The position numbers and the translations under genes are program-made. DNA of 64,000 nt from an uncultured bacterium (GTDB taxonomy: Bacteria > Planctomycetota > UBA1135 > UBA2386): the NCBI GenBank assembly GCA_937952215.1, contig CALFZH010000008.1, positions 34,661 through 98,660 on the forward strand. The letters run 5' to 3'. Of the stretch, positions 1 to 8,124 are shown piece after piece. The stretch's first letter is position 1, and every line of letters begins with the position of its first letter. The notes beneath the pieces are model-generated. The model made no database searches. It was not told where the DNA came from and was given only the letters and a program-made list of their open reading frames with translations.

Positions 1-1556
1 TCGACGGCGACGCATCTTCGATCGAGCGCGACGTCCCGGTCGCTGACCTGCGGCCCGGCGATCGCGTGCGGGTTCGCCCAGGCGAGCGCGTGCCGAGCGA
101 TGGCGTCGTGCAGCACGGTAGTTCTGCCGTGGACGAATCGCTGCTCAGTGGCGAGAGCATGCCAGTGGAGAAGGGGCTCGGCGACCGCGTCGTTGGCGGC
201 AGCATGAACACGTCCGGTGCGCTGCTCGTTCGCGTCGAGCACGCGGGTGCGGAGACCGCGCTGGCGCGGATCACCGCCGCGGTCGAACTGGCCCAGGGAT
301 CGCGGGCACCAATCGCTCGGTTCGCTGATCGAGCCAGTGCGGTGTTCGTTCCGATCGTCCTGGTGCTGGCGCTGGTGACGTTCGGCCTCTGGTGGTCGAT
401 CGACCCGACCTGGGGCGGGCTGCCGGTGGCGATCGAGTACATGGTGGCGGTGCTCGTGATCGCTTGCCCGTGTGCGCTCGGCCTTGCGACGCCTGCGGCC
501 GTTGCCGTCGGTGCTGGACGCGGTGCGGAACTCGGGGTCATGTTTCGAACCGGCGCGGCGATCGAACAGGCAAGCCACATCGACACCGTGCTGTTCGACA
601 AGACCGGCACGCTGACGACCGGCCGTCCTGATGTGGTTGCCGTCGAGCCGCGCCCCGGCATCGCGAGCGAGGAACTCCTGCGCCTTGCCGCGGCGGTCGA
701 GTTGTCGAGTGAGCATCCGTTTGCCCGTGCGGTCGTCGGTGCGGTGCAGGCGCGTGGGCTCGCGCTCGACGTAGCAACGCAGTTCGTCTCTGTTCCAGCC
801 ATGGGGGTGATGGCGCGTGTGGGCGGCTTCACCGTTCGCGTCGGCAAGCCCGAGTGGCTCGCCCAGCAAGGCATCGACGTCGCGGCGGTTGCTCCGCGCG
901 TCGCGGCGCTGGCGTCAGGTGGGGTCACGCCGCTTCTCGTGGCGCGAGATCGCGACCTACTGGGGGTGATCGGCCTCGCCGATGCGCTGCGGCCCGAGGC
1001 ACGGGCGGCCGTGAAGCATCTGCGCGCGATGGGGATCCGTCTCGGGATCCTGTCGGGAGACAAGCAGGGCGTCGTCGCTGCGATTGCGCAGCAAGTCGGT
1101 ATCGACGAGATCGCTGCGGAGCTGCTACCTAACGACAAGACCCGACGGATCGCCGAAACGAAGGATGGAGGGCAGCGCGTCGCGATGGTCGGCGATGGCG
1201 TCAATGACGCCCCGGCACTGGCGACCGCCGACCTGGGGATCGCAGTCGGCACCGGCACCGACGTTGCTGCGGCAGCCTCGGACGTCGCGCTACTGCGAGG
1301 TGGGCTCGCGGGCGTGCCTGTAGCCATCGCCTTGGCCCGAGCAACCATGCGCACGATTCGGCGCAACCTGCTGTGGGCGTCGGTCTACAACCTGCTCGGC
1401 CTGCCGATCGCGGCCGGCGCGTTCGCGGGACTGGGCATCGTCTTGTCGCCGGTGTACGCCAGTGCCGCCATGTCGCTGTCCAGTGTGTCTGTCCTGTTGA
1501 GTTCCCTCATGCTGCGGCGTTTCCGCAGCGCGAGCGGAGCGGAGATCGTGCGGTGA
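1..1556 (+). CDS. Heavy-metal-translocating P1B-type ATPase, C-terminal ~518 aa (5' end lies outside the window)
   Basis: Reading frame is open from nt 3. Motifs present: [11 protein letters not shown] (TGES), [12 protein letters not shown] (CPC metal site), [10 protein letters not shown] (phosphorylation site), [10 protein letters not shown] (hinge). Stop is TGA at 1554-1556. Confidence 0.93.
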   Translation, partial: DGDASSIERDVPVADLRPGDRVRVRPGERVPSDGVVQHGSSAVDESLLSGESMPVEKGLGDRVVGGSMNTSGALLVRVEHAGAETALARITAAVELAQGSRAPIARFADRASAVFVPIVLVLALVTFGLWWSIDPTWGGLPVAIEYMVAVLVIACPCALGLATPAAVAVGAGRGAELGVMFRTGAAIEQASHIDTVLFDKTGTLTTGRPDVVAVEPRPGIASEELLRLAAAVELSSEHPFARAVVGAVQARGLALDVATQFVSVPAMGVMARVGGFTVRVGKPEWLAQQGIDVAAVAPRVAALASGGVTPLLVARDRDLLGVIGLADALRPEARAAVKHLRAMGIRLGILSGDKQGVVAAIAQQVGIDEIAAELLPNDKTRRIAETKDGGQRVAMVGDGVNDAPALATADLGIAVGTGTDVAAAASDVALLRGGLAGVPVAIALARATMRTIRRNLLWASVYNLLGLPIAAGAFAGLGIVLSPVYASAAMSLSSVSVLLSSLMLRRFRSASGAEIVR

Positions 1557-1606
1557 GCTGCCACGGAGAGCGTGAGGGCGACGCCGCGGGACTACCGGAC
1601 CGCGTG

Positions 1607-2143
1607 ATGCACGAACTCGTTGCTGGCCACCGCGATTTCGTCGCGTTCGTGGAACGGCGCGTCGGCGACCGCACCATAGCCGAGGACGTCGTGCAGGACG
1701 CTTTCGTGAAAGGTCTGGAACGCGGCGGCGAACTGCGTGCCGACGAGTCGTCGCGCGCGTGGTTCTACCGCGTGCTGCGCAACGCGATCATCGACCGGCA
1801 CCGGCGATCAACGACTGCCGGCGCTCGGCTTCAGGCACTAGTCGACGAACTGCAGCGCGCCGAGTCGCAGCGGGCTGCCGAAGCCGATCGCGAGCTATGT
1901 AGCTGCATCGGCCGGCTGATCGACACCCTGCCGCCCGATCAGGCCACGGCCTTGCGTCGCATCGAGCTGGACGGTGTCGCGGTCAAGGACTTCGCTGTCG
2001 AAGCAGGGCTCGGAGAGAGCAACGCGGGGGTGCGCGTGTTCAGGGCGCGCAAGGCGCTGCGCGAGCAAGTGACGAGGGCTTGCGGAACGTGTGCGGAACA
2101 CGGTTGCTTCGACTGTTCGTGCCGCAAGCCACAGGCTGGCTAG
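1607..2143 (+). CDS. ECF sigma-70 factor with Cys-rich C-terminal extension (CorE-like / ECF44-like)
   Basis: Sigma2 region (DVVQDAFVKGLE..., WFYRVLRNAIIDRHRR) and sigma4 region (ALRRIELDGVAVKDFAVEAGLGESNAGVRVFRARKALR). A CSC motif sits in the linker (ELCSCIGRL). The C-terminus is CGTCAEHGCFDCSC. ATG at 1607; an alternative GTG at 1553 overlaps the ATPase stop (GTGA). No anti-sigma gene is adjacent. Confidence 0.85.
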   Translation: MHELVAGHRDFVAFVERRVGDRTIAEDVVQDAFVKGLERGGELRADESSRAWFYRVLRNAIIDRHRRSTTAGARLQALVDELQRAESQRAAEADRELCSCIGRLIDTLPPDQATALRRIELDGVAVKDFAVEAGLGESNAGVRVFRARKALREQVTRACGTCAEHGCFDCSCRKPQAG

Positions 2144-2211
2144 CCAAGGTGCAATGCCGCACCGCCGCGATCCGGTCGCGCTGCCCCGGCTGAGGCAGGG
2201 CGACGCAGAAC

Positions 2212-2502
2212 CTACTTCTTCTGCGCGGGCTGCCCGCCTGCCGCCATGCCTTCCAGCACCTTGTCGACGTTCGTCGTCGCAGGATCGTAGTGGACGGTGA
2301 TCTCGGCGTTGCCCGCCGTGATCTCGGCCCCCTTCACACCCGGCAGCTTCTCCAGCGTGGCACGCACGCCGGCAACGCAGCCGCCTCAAGTGGGCTTCTT
2401 GTCGAGGACCAACATGGCGTCCTTCGTCTCGATTGACACCGGATTGGTCGCGCAACCCGCGAGGGCGATCGCGGCCAGCAACACCGGGGATGCGAACCTC
2501 AT
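2212..2502 (-). CDS. HMA-domain lipoprotein with in-frame TGA at the first Cys position of the CxxC motif (candidate selenoprotein, 96 aa)
   Basis: My translation: MRFASPVLLAAIALAGCATNPVSIETKDAMLVLDKKPT-[TGA 2388..2386]-GGCVAGVRATLEKLPGVKGAEITAGNAEITVHYDPATTNVDKVLEGMAAGGQPAQKK-stop. Lipobox is LAGC. The ATG overlaps the stop of the upstream paralog (ATGA). The frame stays open and HMA-like after the TGA. Confidence 0.6.
2354..2370 (-). promoter_or_regulatory. Candidate bSECIS-like hairpin downstream of the in-frame UGA
   Basis: RNA is GGCGUG-CGUGC-CACGCU, a 6-bp stem (one G.U pair) with a 5-nt loop containing GU. It starts 15 nt after the UGA. The hairpin is short and the genome is 70% GC, so this is weak evidence on its own. 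Confidence 0.35.
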
Positions 2503-2822
2503 GCCTTCACCTTCGCGCCGGACTCACCGGCAGCGACCAGCTTCGCGACCATGTCGGCCGGTTTGATCTTGGCGGCGTCGTAGTGGACGGTGAAGTCCTT
2601 GTCGCCGGCCTTGATGTCGATCTGGCTGATGCCGTCGACCTTCCCAAGGGCACCGCGCACGGCGGTGACACATCCCCCTCAAACGGTCTTGCCCAACTCC
2701 AGCTTGACCTGCGACACGGTCGCGGCAGCACCCGGCGTCGGGTTGTTCGGAGCAGTTGGCTCCGGCTTGCTGCAGGCGACCAGGAACAGCGCACAGACGC
2801 TCGCGGCGAACAGTCGGTTCAT
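2499..2822 (-). CDS. HMA-domain lipoprotein with in-frame TGA at the first Cys position of the CxxC motif (candidate selenoprotein, 107 aa)
   Basis: My translation: MNRLFAASVCALFLVACSKPEPTAPNNPTPGAAATVSQVKLELGKTV-[TGA 2681..2679]-GGCVTAVRGALGKVDGISQIDIKAGDKDFTVHYDAAKIKPADMVAKLVAAGESGAKVKA-stop. Lipobox is LVAC. A GAGGA RBS lies about 10 nt upstream of the ATG at 2822. Confidence 0.6.
2651..2667 (-). promoter_or_regulatory. Candidate bSECIS-like hairpin downstream of the in-frame UGA
   Basis: RNA is CACCGC-CGUGC-GCGGUG, a perfect 6-bp stem with a 5-nt loop CGUGC (the same loop sequence as the paralog). It starts 11 nt after the UGA. Confidence 0.35.
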
Positions 2823-2997
2823 GATCTCATTTCCTCGATGACAACCCCGCGAAAGTTCGCGGTGGGCGAGAATCCTAGGCTGCACTTGGTATCGCACCAG
2901 GGGAAGGCGCAGGTGCCGCCTGTGGTGCAGCTCGGAGTGTCGCGCCGTTCTCACCTTCGCGGCCCTACGATGCCGGGCCGCTCTTCAGCCCGTCAGG

Positions 2998-3879
2998 ATG
3001 ACCATGCGAGTCGCACTCCAGATGCTCTGTTCCCTCTGCTTCGCCTTGTGCTTGCCGGCGCAGCAGCCCGACCGGAAGCCGGTTGGTGTGGTGCTCGGCG
3101 AGGCAGGCTCGGTGCTGCCCGACGGCAGCTTCCGCATCGACCTGCCGCGCAAGGAGTCGGTCCTGCGCAACAAGTTCGGTTTCGTGGTCCCGCCGTCCAT
3201 GGTGCTGACCTACGCGGCGTTCGCGGGCACGCCTGAGCGCGCGATCGTGGTGGGCGACACCTGCATGTTGCCCGTGGAGGTCAACCCGGTGCTCGACGAG
3301 CTGAGGAAGGGCAACCTGGAGATCGTCGCGATCCACAACCACATGCTGGGCGGCAGCCCCAACTTCATCTTCCTGCACTTCCAGGGCTCGGGTGCGGCGA
3401 TGGACATGGCCAAGGCGATCCGCGCCGCGTGGGATCAGATGGGCAAGCAACCCGCGGCGGCAGCACCGGCGGCGGCGACCCCGCCTACGCCCGACTGGAA
3501 GGCGGTGTCCGACGCCGTCGGCCTGCCGGGCGCGATGCAGAAGGACGGCATGTTCAAGATCGCGTTGCCGCGCCCGCAGTTGGAGACCAGCATCGATGGG
3601 CAGCGGCTTCCCGCGGGCGTCGGGCTCGCCTGCTGGGTTGGTTTTGCGCCTTGCGAGTGCGGGCGAACGATGGTCATGGGCGACACCTGCCTGCTCCGGA
3701 GCGAGTTGCAGCAGGCCATCGATGCCTACCGCAAGCACGGCATTCGCATCGTCGCGATCCACAACCACATGCTCGGAACGAGTCCCGAGCTGATCTTCTG
3801 CCACTTCACGGCGGAAGGGGACGCGATGGAGCTGGCGCGGGCCATCAAGGTGGTGTGGTCGCCGCTGCGAGCGAAGTAG
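2998..3879 (+). CDS. Secreted tandem-repeat protein, LppY/LpqO-like (DUF1259-type)
   Basis: N-terminal signal peptide. There are two internal repeats, each with GDTC(M/L)L...E(V/L)...IVAIHNHMLG(G/T)SP..IF.HF.(G/E)GDAM..A.AI...W. Family assignment is from memory of the HNHM / F.HF motifs. Confidence 0.7.
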   Translation: MTMRVALQMLCSLCFALCLPAQQPDRKPVGVVLGEAGSVLPDGSFRIDLPRKESVLRNKFGFVVPPSMVLTYAAFAGTPERAIVVGDTCMLPVEVNPVLDELRKGNLEIVAIHNHMLGGSPNFIFLHFQGSGAAMDMAKAIRAAWDQMGKQPAAAAPAAATPPTPDWKAVSDAVGLPGAMQKDGMFKIALPRPQLETSIDGQRLPAGVGLACWVGFAPCECGRTMVMGDTCLLRSELQQAIDAYRKHGIRIVAIHNHMLGTSPELIFCHFTAEGDAMELARAIKVVWSPLRAK

Positions 3880-3968
3880 GCGCGCCCTGTCGAGGGCGAC
3901 CGAGTTCGTGCGCCTCGGTGTCGTGGCCTCCTACGGGGGCTGGGAACGCGGCTCGGATCCCTGCGCGT

Positions 3969-3985
3969 GACGTTGAGTCAACGTC
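3969..3985. repeat. Perfect 8-1-8 palindrome GACGTTGA-G-TCAACGTC
   Basis: Seen directly in the non-coding stretch between the DUF1259 gene and the tRNA fragment. Confidence 0.6.
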
Positions 3986-4198
3986 GGTGGCACCGAGCCC
4001 CTGCGCGCTCCTCGGTCACTTGGTAGGACTGCCAAGTTAAGGCGTTGACTACCACGAACCGGCGGAACGAGGCGCGATCCAGCGCGACGCCTTGCGACTC
4101 CCGCCGCCCGCTCGTAACCTTCGGCCTGTTCTCGGATTCGCGCACCAATCCGTTCCTTTTCCAGCCGCTCCGCAGGATGCGGGCGGGAGGGCCAGGAA

Positions 4199-4246
4199 TG
4201 CATGGGGTGCAGGGGGTCGGAAGTTCAAATCTTCTCGCTCCGACCA
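4199..4246 (+). other. tRNA-Pro(GGG)-like 3' fragment (anticodon loop to CCA end), lacking the 5' half; probable att-site remnant
   Basis: Sequence is TGC-ATGGGGT-GCA GGGGTC GGAAG-TTCAAAT-CTTCT CGCTCCG-A-CCA. It contains an anticodon loop with GGG, a variable loop, a T-arm, the acceptor 3' strand and an encoded CCA. The terminal ...CCG-A-CCA implies the C1-G72 pair typical of bacterial tRNA-Pro. I found no matching CGGAGCG 5' acceptor strand or D-arm upstream. Confidence 0.6.
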
Positions 4247-4317
4247 TCTTTGACTTCTGCCGCAAGGCGTCTCGCGGCGGCCGCCCGGAGTGCTCGCGCG
4301 GCACCGGTAGCTCGCAG

Positions 4318-4337
4318 TTTGACAGTCGACTGTCAAA
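4318..4337. repeat. Perfect 20-bp palindrome TTTGACAGTCGACTGTCAAA
   Basis: Seen directly. It lies about 60 bp upstream of the integrase-fragment ORF. It could be an operator or recombination-directionality site; function is unknown. Confidence 0.6.
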
Positions 4338-4398
4338 GTGAGCGGGCAGCCATGAAGAGGTTGAACGACGCGCACGCGAACCGCAGCGGTTCGATGCG

Positions 4399-4635
4399 GT
4401 GCCATGCGACGGCATGGCAACCACCGAGAGCGAGCGAAAGGAACGTCGTCGGGCGAAGCCCCCGAAGATGGGGCGACACAGCAGCGGGCAGGCCAGGGTG
4501 ACCCTCGGCGGCAAGGTCCTCCACCTGGGCCTCAGGGGATCCGCCGAGGCACACGAAAACTACGCGCGACTAGACTCGAGCCGCGCTGCTGCCGAAGCGA
4601 AGGTCGCTCGAATCCGCGCCAGCGACTTCGCGTAG
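4399..4635 (+). pseudogene. Tyrosine-integrase N-terminal fragment (relic)
   Basis: KPPKMGRHSSGQARVTLGGKVLHLGLRGSAEAHENYARL matches the conserved N-terminal arm-binding segment of many phage-type integrases (SGQarVtlnGk..yLG.yGS.es...Y.rl). The ORF stops after 78 aa and no catalytic domain follows in any frame. Confidence 0.55.
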
Positions 4636-4927
4636 ATCGCGCGGCGCGCTACGCGGCCGACGGTGCTGGCATCGGCGATGCGCAGCCGTAGGTGCCAAGC
4701 AGCAGACAAGAGCAGGGGGAACGCCGGCGGCGGCGGGCCGCACATAGGCAACTCACGAAGTCGCAGATTGCTGATGAGGGCCTTTGCAGGCTGGCTTGGT
4801 GCACCGGCGCGCCGATCGGTGGCACCGGCCGCGAGAATTCGCGCGCGATCGGCCTCAGACCGCTGCGCGGACCCAAGCCGACGGGGTCGGCAGCCGGCGC
4901 CGCAGTCGCTAGCCTGCCCGCTCCCCG

Positions 4928-5398
4928 ATGATCGCGCTCACCGGCATCAGCAAGCGACACCGCCACCAGGTCCTGTTCGTCGACGCCTCGCTGCAGCTCG
5001 ACCCCGGCGAGAAGGTCGGCCTGACCGGCCCCAGCGGTGCCGGCAAGTCGACCGTGTTCCGCCTGATGACAGGCGAGGAGAAGTCCGACGAAGGCGACGT
5101 GCAGATGCCCGAACGCCTGACCATCGGCTGCTTCCGCCAGGATATGCGTGAGTTATCCTGCCGCTCGGTGCTCGACGAGGCGATTGCCGGCAGCGGCAAG
5201 GTCGGTGCCTTGCTCCACGAGCTCGAGCAGCTGCAGCACGACATGTCGGACCCCGACAAGGCCGACGACAGCGGATGGTCGCCCGGCGCGGACCTCGCAG
5301 TTCGCGGCACGGCACCGCGTCTCGACGACATCGAGACGGCCGACGATCTGTTCGGCAACCAGCGCGACGGCGTGCTGAAGGTCGCGATCGCGCCGTGA
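4928..5398 (+). pseudogene. ABC-F ATPase N-terminal fragment (truncated)
   Basis: MIALTGISKRHRHQVLFVDASLQLDPGEKVGLTGPSGAGKSTVFRLMTGEE... is an ABC-F type first NBD with a Walker A motif. Similarity is lost after about 110 aa. There is no LSGG signature or Walker B, and the ORF is 156 aa versus more than 500 aa expected. Confidence 0.6.
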
Positions 5399-8124
5399 GC
5401 GACGCGCGACGCGGAGCCGACCGGAACGGGCGCTGGCATGCCATCGACGGTCGCCTTGCGATCGAGGCCGTCGGCTCGGATGCGGTAGCCGGACTGTCGG
5501 CGTCCGAAGCGCACCAGCGCCTGCTGCGCGGCGGGCCCAACGCCCTGCCGGAGCCGCATCGTCGCTCGCTGTTGTCGGTGTTCGCAGCACAGTTCCGGAG
5601 CCCGCTGATCTACCTGCTCCTCGCCGCTGCAGGCCTGGCACTGGCGCTCGGACACACGCAGGACGCCGCGGTGATCTTCGTCGTGCTGCTGGCGAACGCC
5701 GTCATCGGCGCCGTGCAGGAGGGCCGCGCCGAGCGTTCGCTGGCGGCGCTGCGCAAGCTGGAGACGCTGAAGGCGCGCGTCGTCCGCGACGGCGAAGAGC
5801 AGGTGGTCGCGGCGCGCGAGGTCGTGCCGGGGGACATCCTCGTGGTCGAGGCCGGCGATGCGATCGCCGCCGATGCGCGGCTCCTGGATGGCGTCGCCTT
5901 GCAGCTCGCCGAGGCCGCCTTGACCGGAGAGTCGGTGCCGGTCGGCAAGCACCTGCTGCCCGTCGCTCCGAACACGCCGTTGGCAGACCGCAAGAACATG
6001 ATCTACGCGGGCACGCACGTGACGGCCGGACGTGCGCGCGCCGTCGTCGTCGCGACCGGGCTCGAGACCGAGATCGGACGCATTGCGACCCTGGCGGAGC
6101 AGGCGGTCGAACCGAAGACGCCGCTCGAACTCCGCATCGCGTGGTTCGGCCGTGCCGTCATGGTGGCCGCGCTCGTCATGTTCGCACTGGTGCTCTGGAT
6201 CGGCGCGCTCGGCGGCATCCCGTTCGGCGAGATCCTGATGGTCGGCATCAGCCAGGTCGTCAGCATGGTGCCCGAAGGGCTGCCGGTCGCGATGACCGTC
6301 GTACTTGCGGTCGGCGTCCAGCGCATGGCCAAGCGCAAGGCGGTCGTTCGGCGCCTCGCCGCGGTCGAGACGCTTGGCTCGACGACCGTGATCTGCACCG
6401 ACAAGACCGGCACGCTGACGAAGAACGAAATGACCGCCACGGCGGTGCACCTGCCGGACGGCTGCGACCTCGCGGTGACCGGCGCCGGCTACGAGCCGGT
6501 GGGCCGCTTCCAGGCGGGGGGGCGCGAGTTCGACCCGGCGCAGCACGCCGGGTTGCGAGAACTCCTGGACGCAGTGGCGTTGTGCAACGACGCGCAGCTG
6601 CGCGGCCCGGAGCCGAACGGCGGTGGTCGCTGGCAAGCCGTCGGGGACCCGACCGAGGTGGCGCTGTTGTCGCTGGCCATCAAGGGCGGCGTCGTGCCGA
6701 GCGAGCTTCGGCGTCGATGCCCCCGGCGAGCCGAGCTGCCGTTCGATCCACAGGCGCGCATGATGGCGACGCAGCACGACACCAGGGCGGGATCGCGCGT
6801 CTACCTGAAGGGCGCGCCCGAGGTCGTGTTCGCGCTCACCAGCGGCGGCTCGGTGCCAGCGCTCGCCGAGGCAGTCGACAAGATGGCGGCGCGGGCGCTG
6901 CGGGTACTGGCGGTGGGCGTCGTCGACGATGCGACGATCGACGGCAGCAGCGGCATTGGCGCTCTTGCCGGCCGCGTGCGGATGCTCGGCCTCGTCGGAC
7001 AGATCGACCCGCCGCGGGCCGAAGTCGAGGCCGCCGTCGCGCAGTGCCGCGACGCTGGCATCCGGCCCGTCATGGTGACCGGTGACCACCGGCGCACCGC
7101 GCATACGATCGCCCGGGCACTCGGCATCGCTCGAGACGGCGACACCGTCGTCGACGGCGTCGAGCTCGAGAGCATGAGCGACGACGAGCTGGCGGCGCGC
7201 ATCGACGCGGTCGCCGTCTTCGCGCGCGTGCATCCGGCGCAGAAGCTGCGCATCGTCGACGCGTTCCAGCGACGCAACCACGTCGTGGCGATGACCGGCG
7301 ACGGCGTCAACGATGCGCCGGCGCTGGTCAAGGCCGACGTTGGCGTCGCGATGGGCTTGACTGGCACCGAGGTCGCCAAACAGGCCGCCAAGGTGGTCAT
7401 CACCGACGACAACTTCGCGACCATCGTCGCCGCCGTGGAGGAGGGGCGGGTCATCTACGGCAACCTCAAGAAGCTGATCCTCTACCTGTTCACGACGTCG
7501 ATCGCCGAGGTCGTGGTCCTCCTGTCGGCACTGCTGCTGGGCTACGCGCCGCCGCTGTTGGCGGTGCAGATCCTGTGGATCAACCTCGTCACCGACGGCA
7601 TGTTGACCATCACGCTGATCATGGAGCCCGCCGAGGGCGACGAGATGCAGCGGCGACCGGTGCCGCGCCAAGAGTCGATCCTGAGCCGGTCGATGCTGGT
7701 GCGCGTCGCGTTCATGGTCCTGGCGATGGCGGTTGCGACGCTGGGCTGGTTCGTCTGGCGGCAGGCGCAAGGCGTGCCGTTCCCGCAGGTCCAGACCGAG
7801 ACGTTCACGCTGCTCGCGGTCTGCCAGTGGTTCAATGTGCTCAGCTGTCGCTCGCAGCGGCGCTCGGCGCTGACCATGAGCCTGCTGCGCAACCCGTGGT
7901 TGATCGGCGGCTTGGTGCTCGGCAACCTGCTGCAGGCGGCCGTAATATTCTTCCGCCCGCTCGGCGACGTGTTCCACACGGTGCCGATCGGCTTCTGGAC
8001 CTTCTTCGCCATCGGCGCCGTGGCCAGTCTGCCGCTCTGGGTCGAGGAGCTGCGCAAGCTCGTGGCGCGCCGCTGGTTCACGGTTCAGGACGAGCGGCCT
8101 CGTCGCGCTCGGATCATTGAGTGA
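5395..8124 (+). CDS. Cation-transporting P-type ATPase, type II (Ca2+/Mg2+/Na+-like)
   Basis: A GTG start at 5395 overlaps the previous stop (GTGA). N-terminal region reads WHAIDG...GLSASEAHQRLLRGGPNALPEP. Motifs: [43 protein letters not shown]. There are 10 predicted TM segments. Confidence 0.93.
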   Translation: MSDARRGADRNGRWHAIDGRLAIEAVGSDAVAGLSASEAHQRLLRGGPNALPEPHRRSLLSVFAAQFRSPLIYLLLAAAGLALALGHTQDAAVIFVVLLANAVIGAVQEGRAERSLAALRKLETLKARVVRDGEEQVVAAREVVPGDILVVEAGDAIAADARLLDGVALQLAEAALTGESVPVGKHLLPVAPNTPLADRKNMIYAGTHVTAGRARAVVVATGLETEIGRIATLAEQAVEPKTPLELRIAWFGRAVMVAALVMFALVLWIGALGGIPFGEILMVGISQVVSMVPEGLPVAMTVVLAVGVQRMAKRKAVVRRLAAVETLGSTTVICTDKTGTLTKNEMTATAVHLPDGCDLAVTGAGYEPVGRFQAGGREFDPAQHAGLRELLDAVALCNDAQLRGPEPNGGGRWQAVGDPTEVALLSLAIKGGVVPSELRRRCPRRAELPFDPQARMMATQHDTRAGSRVYLKGAPEVVFALTSGGSVPALAEAVDKMAARALRVLAVGVVDDATIDGSSGIGALAGRVRMLGLVGQIDPPRAEVEAAVAQCRDAGIRPVMVTGDHRRTAHTIARALGIARDGDTVVDGVELESMSDDELAARIDAVAVFARVHPAQKLRIVDAFQRRNHVVAMTGDGVNDAPALVKADVGVAMGLTGTEVAKQAAKVVITDDNFATIVAAVEEGRVIYGNLKKLILYLFTTSIAEVVVLLSALLLGYAPPLLAVQILWINLVTDGMLTITLIMEPAEGDEMQRRPVPRQESILSRSMLVRVAFMVLAMAVATLGWFVWRQAQGVPFPQVQTETFTLLAVCQWFNVLSCRSQRRSALTMSLLRNPWLIGGLVLGNLLQAAVIFFRPLGDVFHTVPIGFWTFFAIGAVASLPLWVEELRKLVARRWFTVQDERPRRARIIE

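Noticed and set aside
2144-2211. Possible bidirectional terminator between the convergent sigma and HMA genes (CGCTGCCCCGGCTGAGGCAGGGCG).
   Set aside because: The stem is imperfect with bulges and has no flanking T/A tracts, so it is not convincing.
3893-4246. tmRNA (ssrA) hypothesis for the ~350-nt non-coding stretch ending in the T-arm/CCA.
   Set aside because: The 5' candidate AGGGCGA pairs imperfectly. The discriminator and G3.U70 geometry do not fit alanine identity. No tag reading frame ending in a typical ..AA stop context was found. The 3' end fits tRNA-Pro much better.
4909-7977. 1022-aa minus-strand ORF. Similar giant ORFs occur at 60660..63851(-), 40314..43001(-), 31109..33055(-), 33426..35882(-) and 43170..45068(-), in the upstream parts of 16316..21955(-) and 48959..51787(-), and at 18602..22024(+) before 20312.
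   Set aside because: These ORFs are Arg/Ala/Pro/Gly-rich and of low complexity. They lie antisense to, or upstream in frame of, genes with clear catalytic motifs. They are typical shadow ORFs of a ~70% GC genome.
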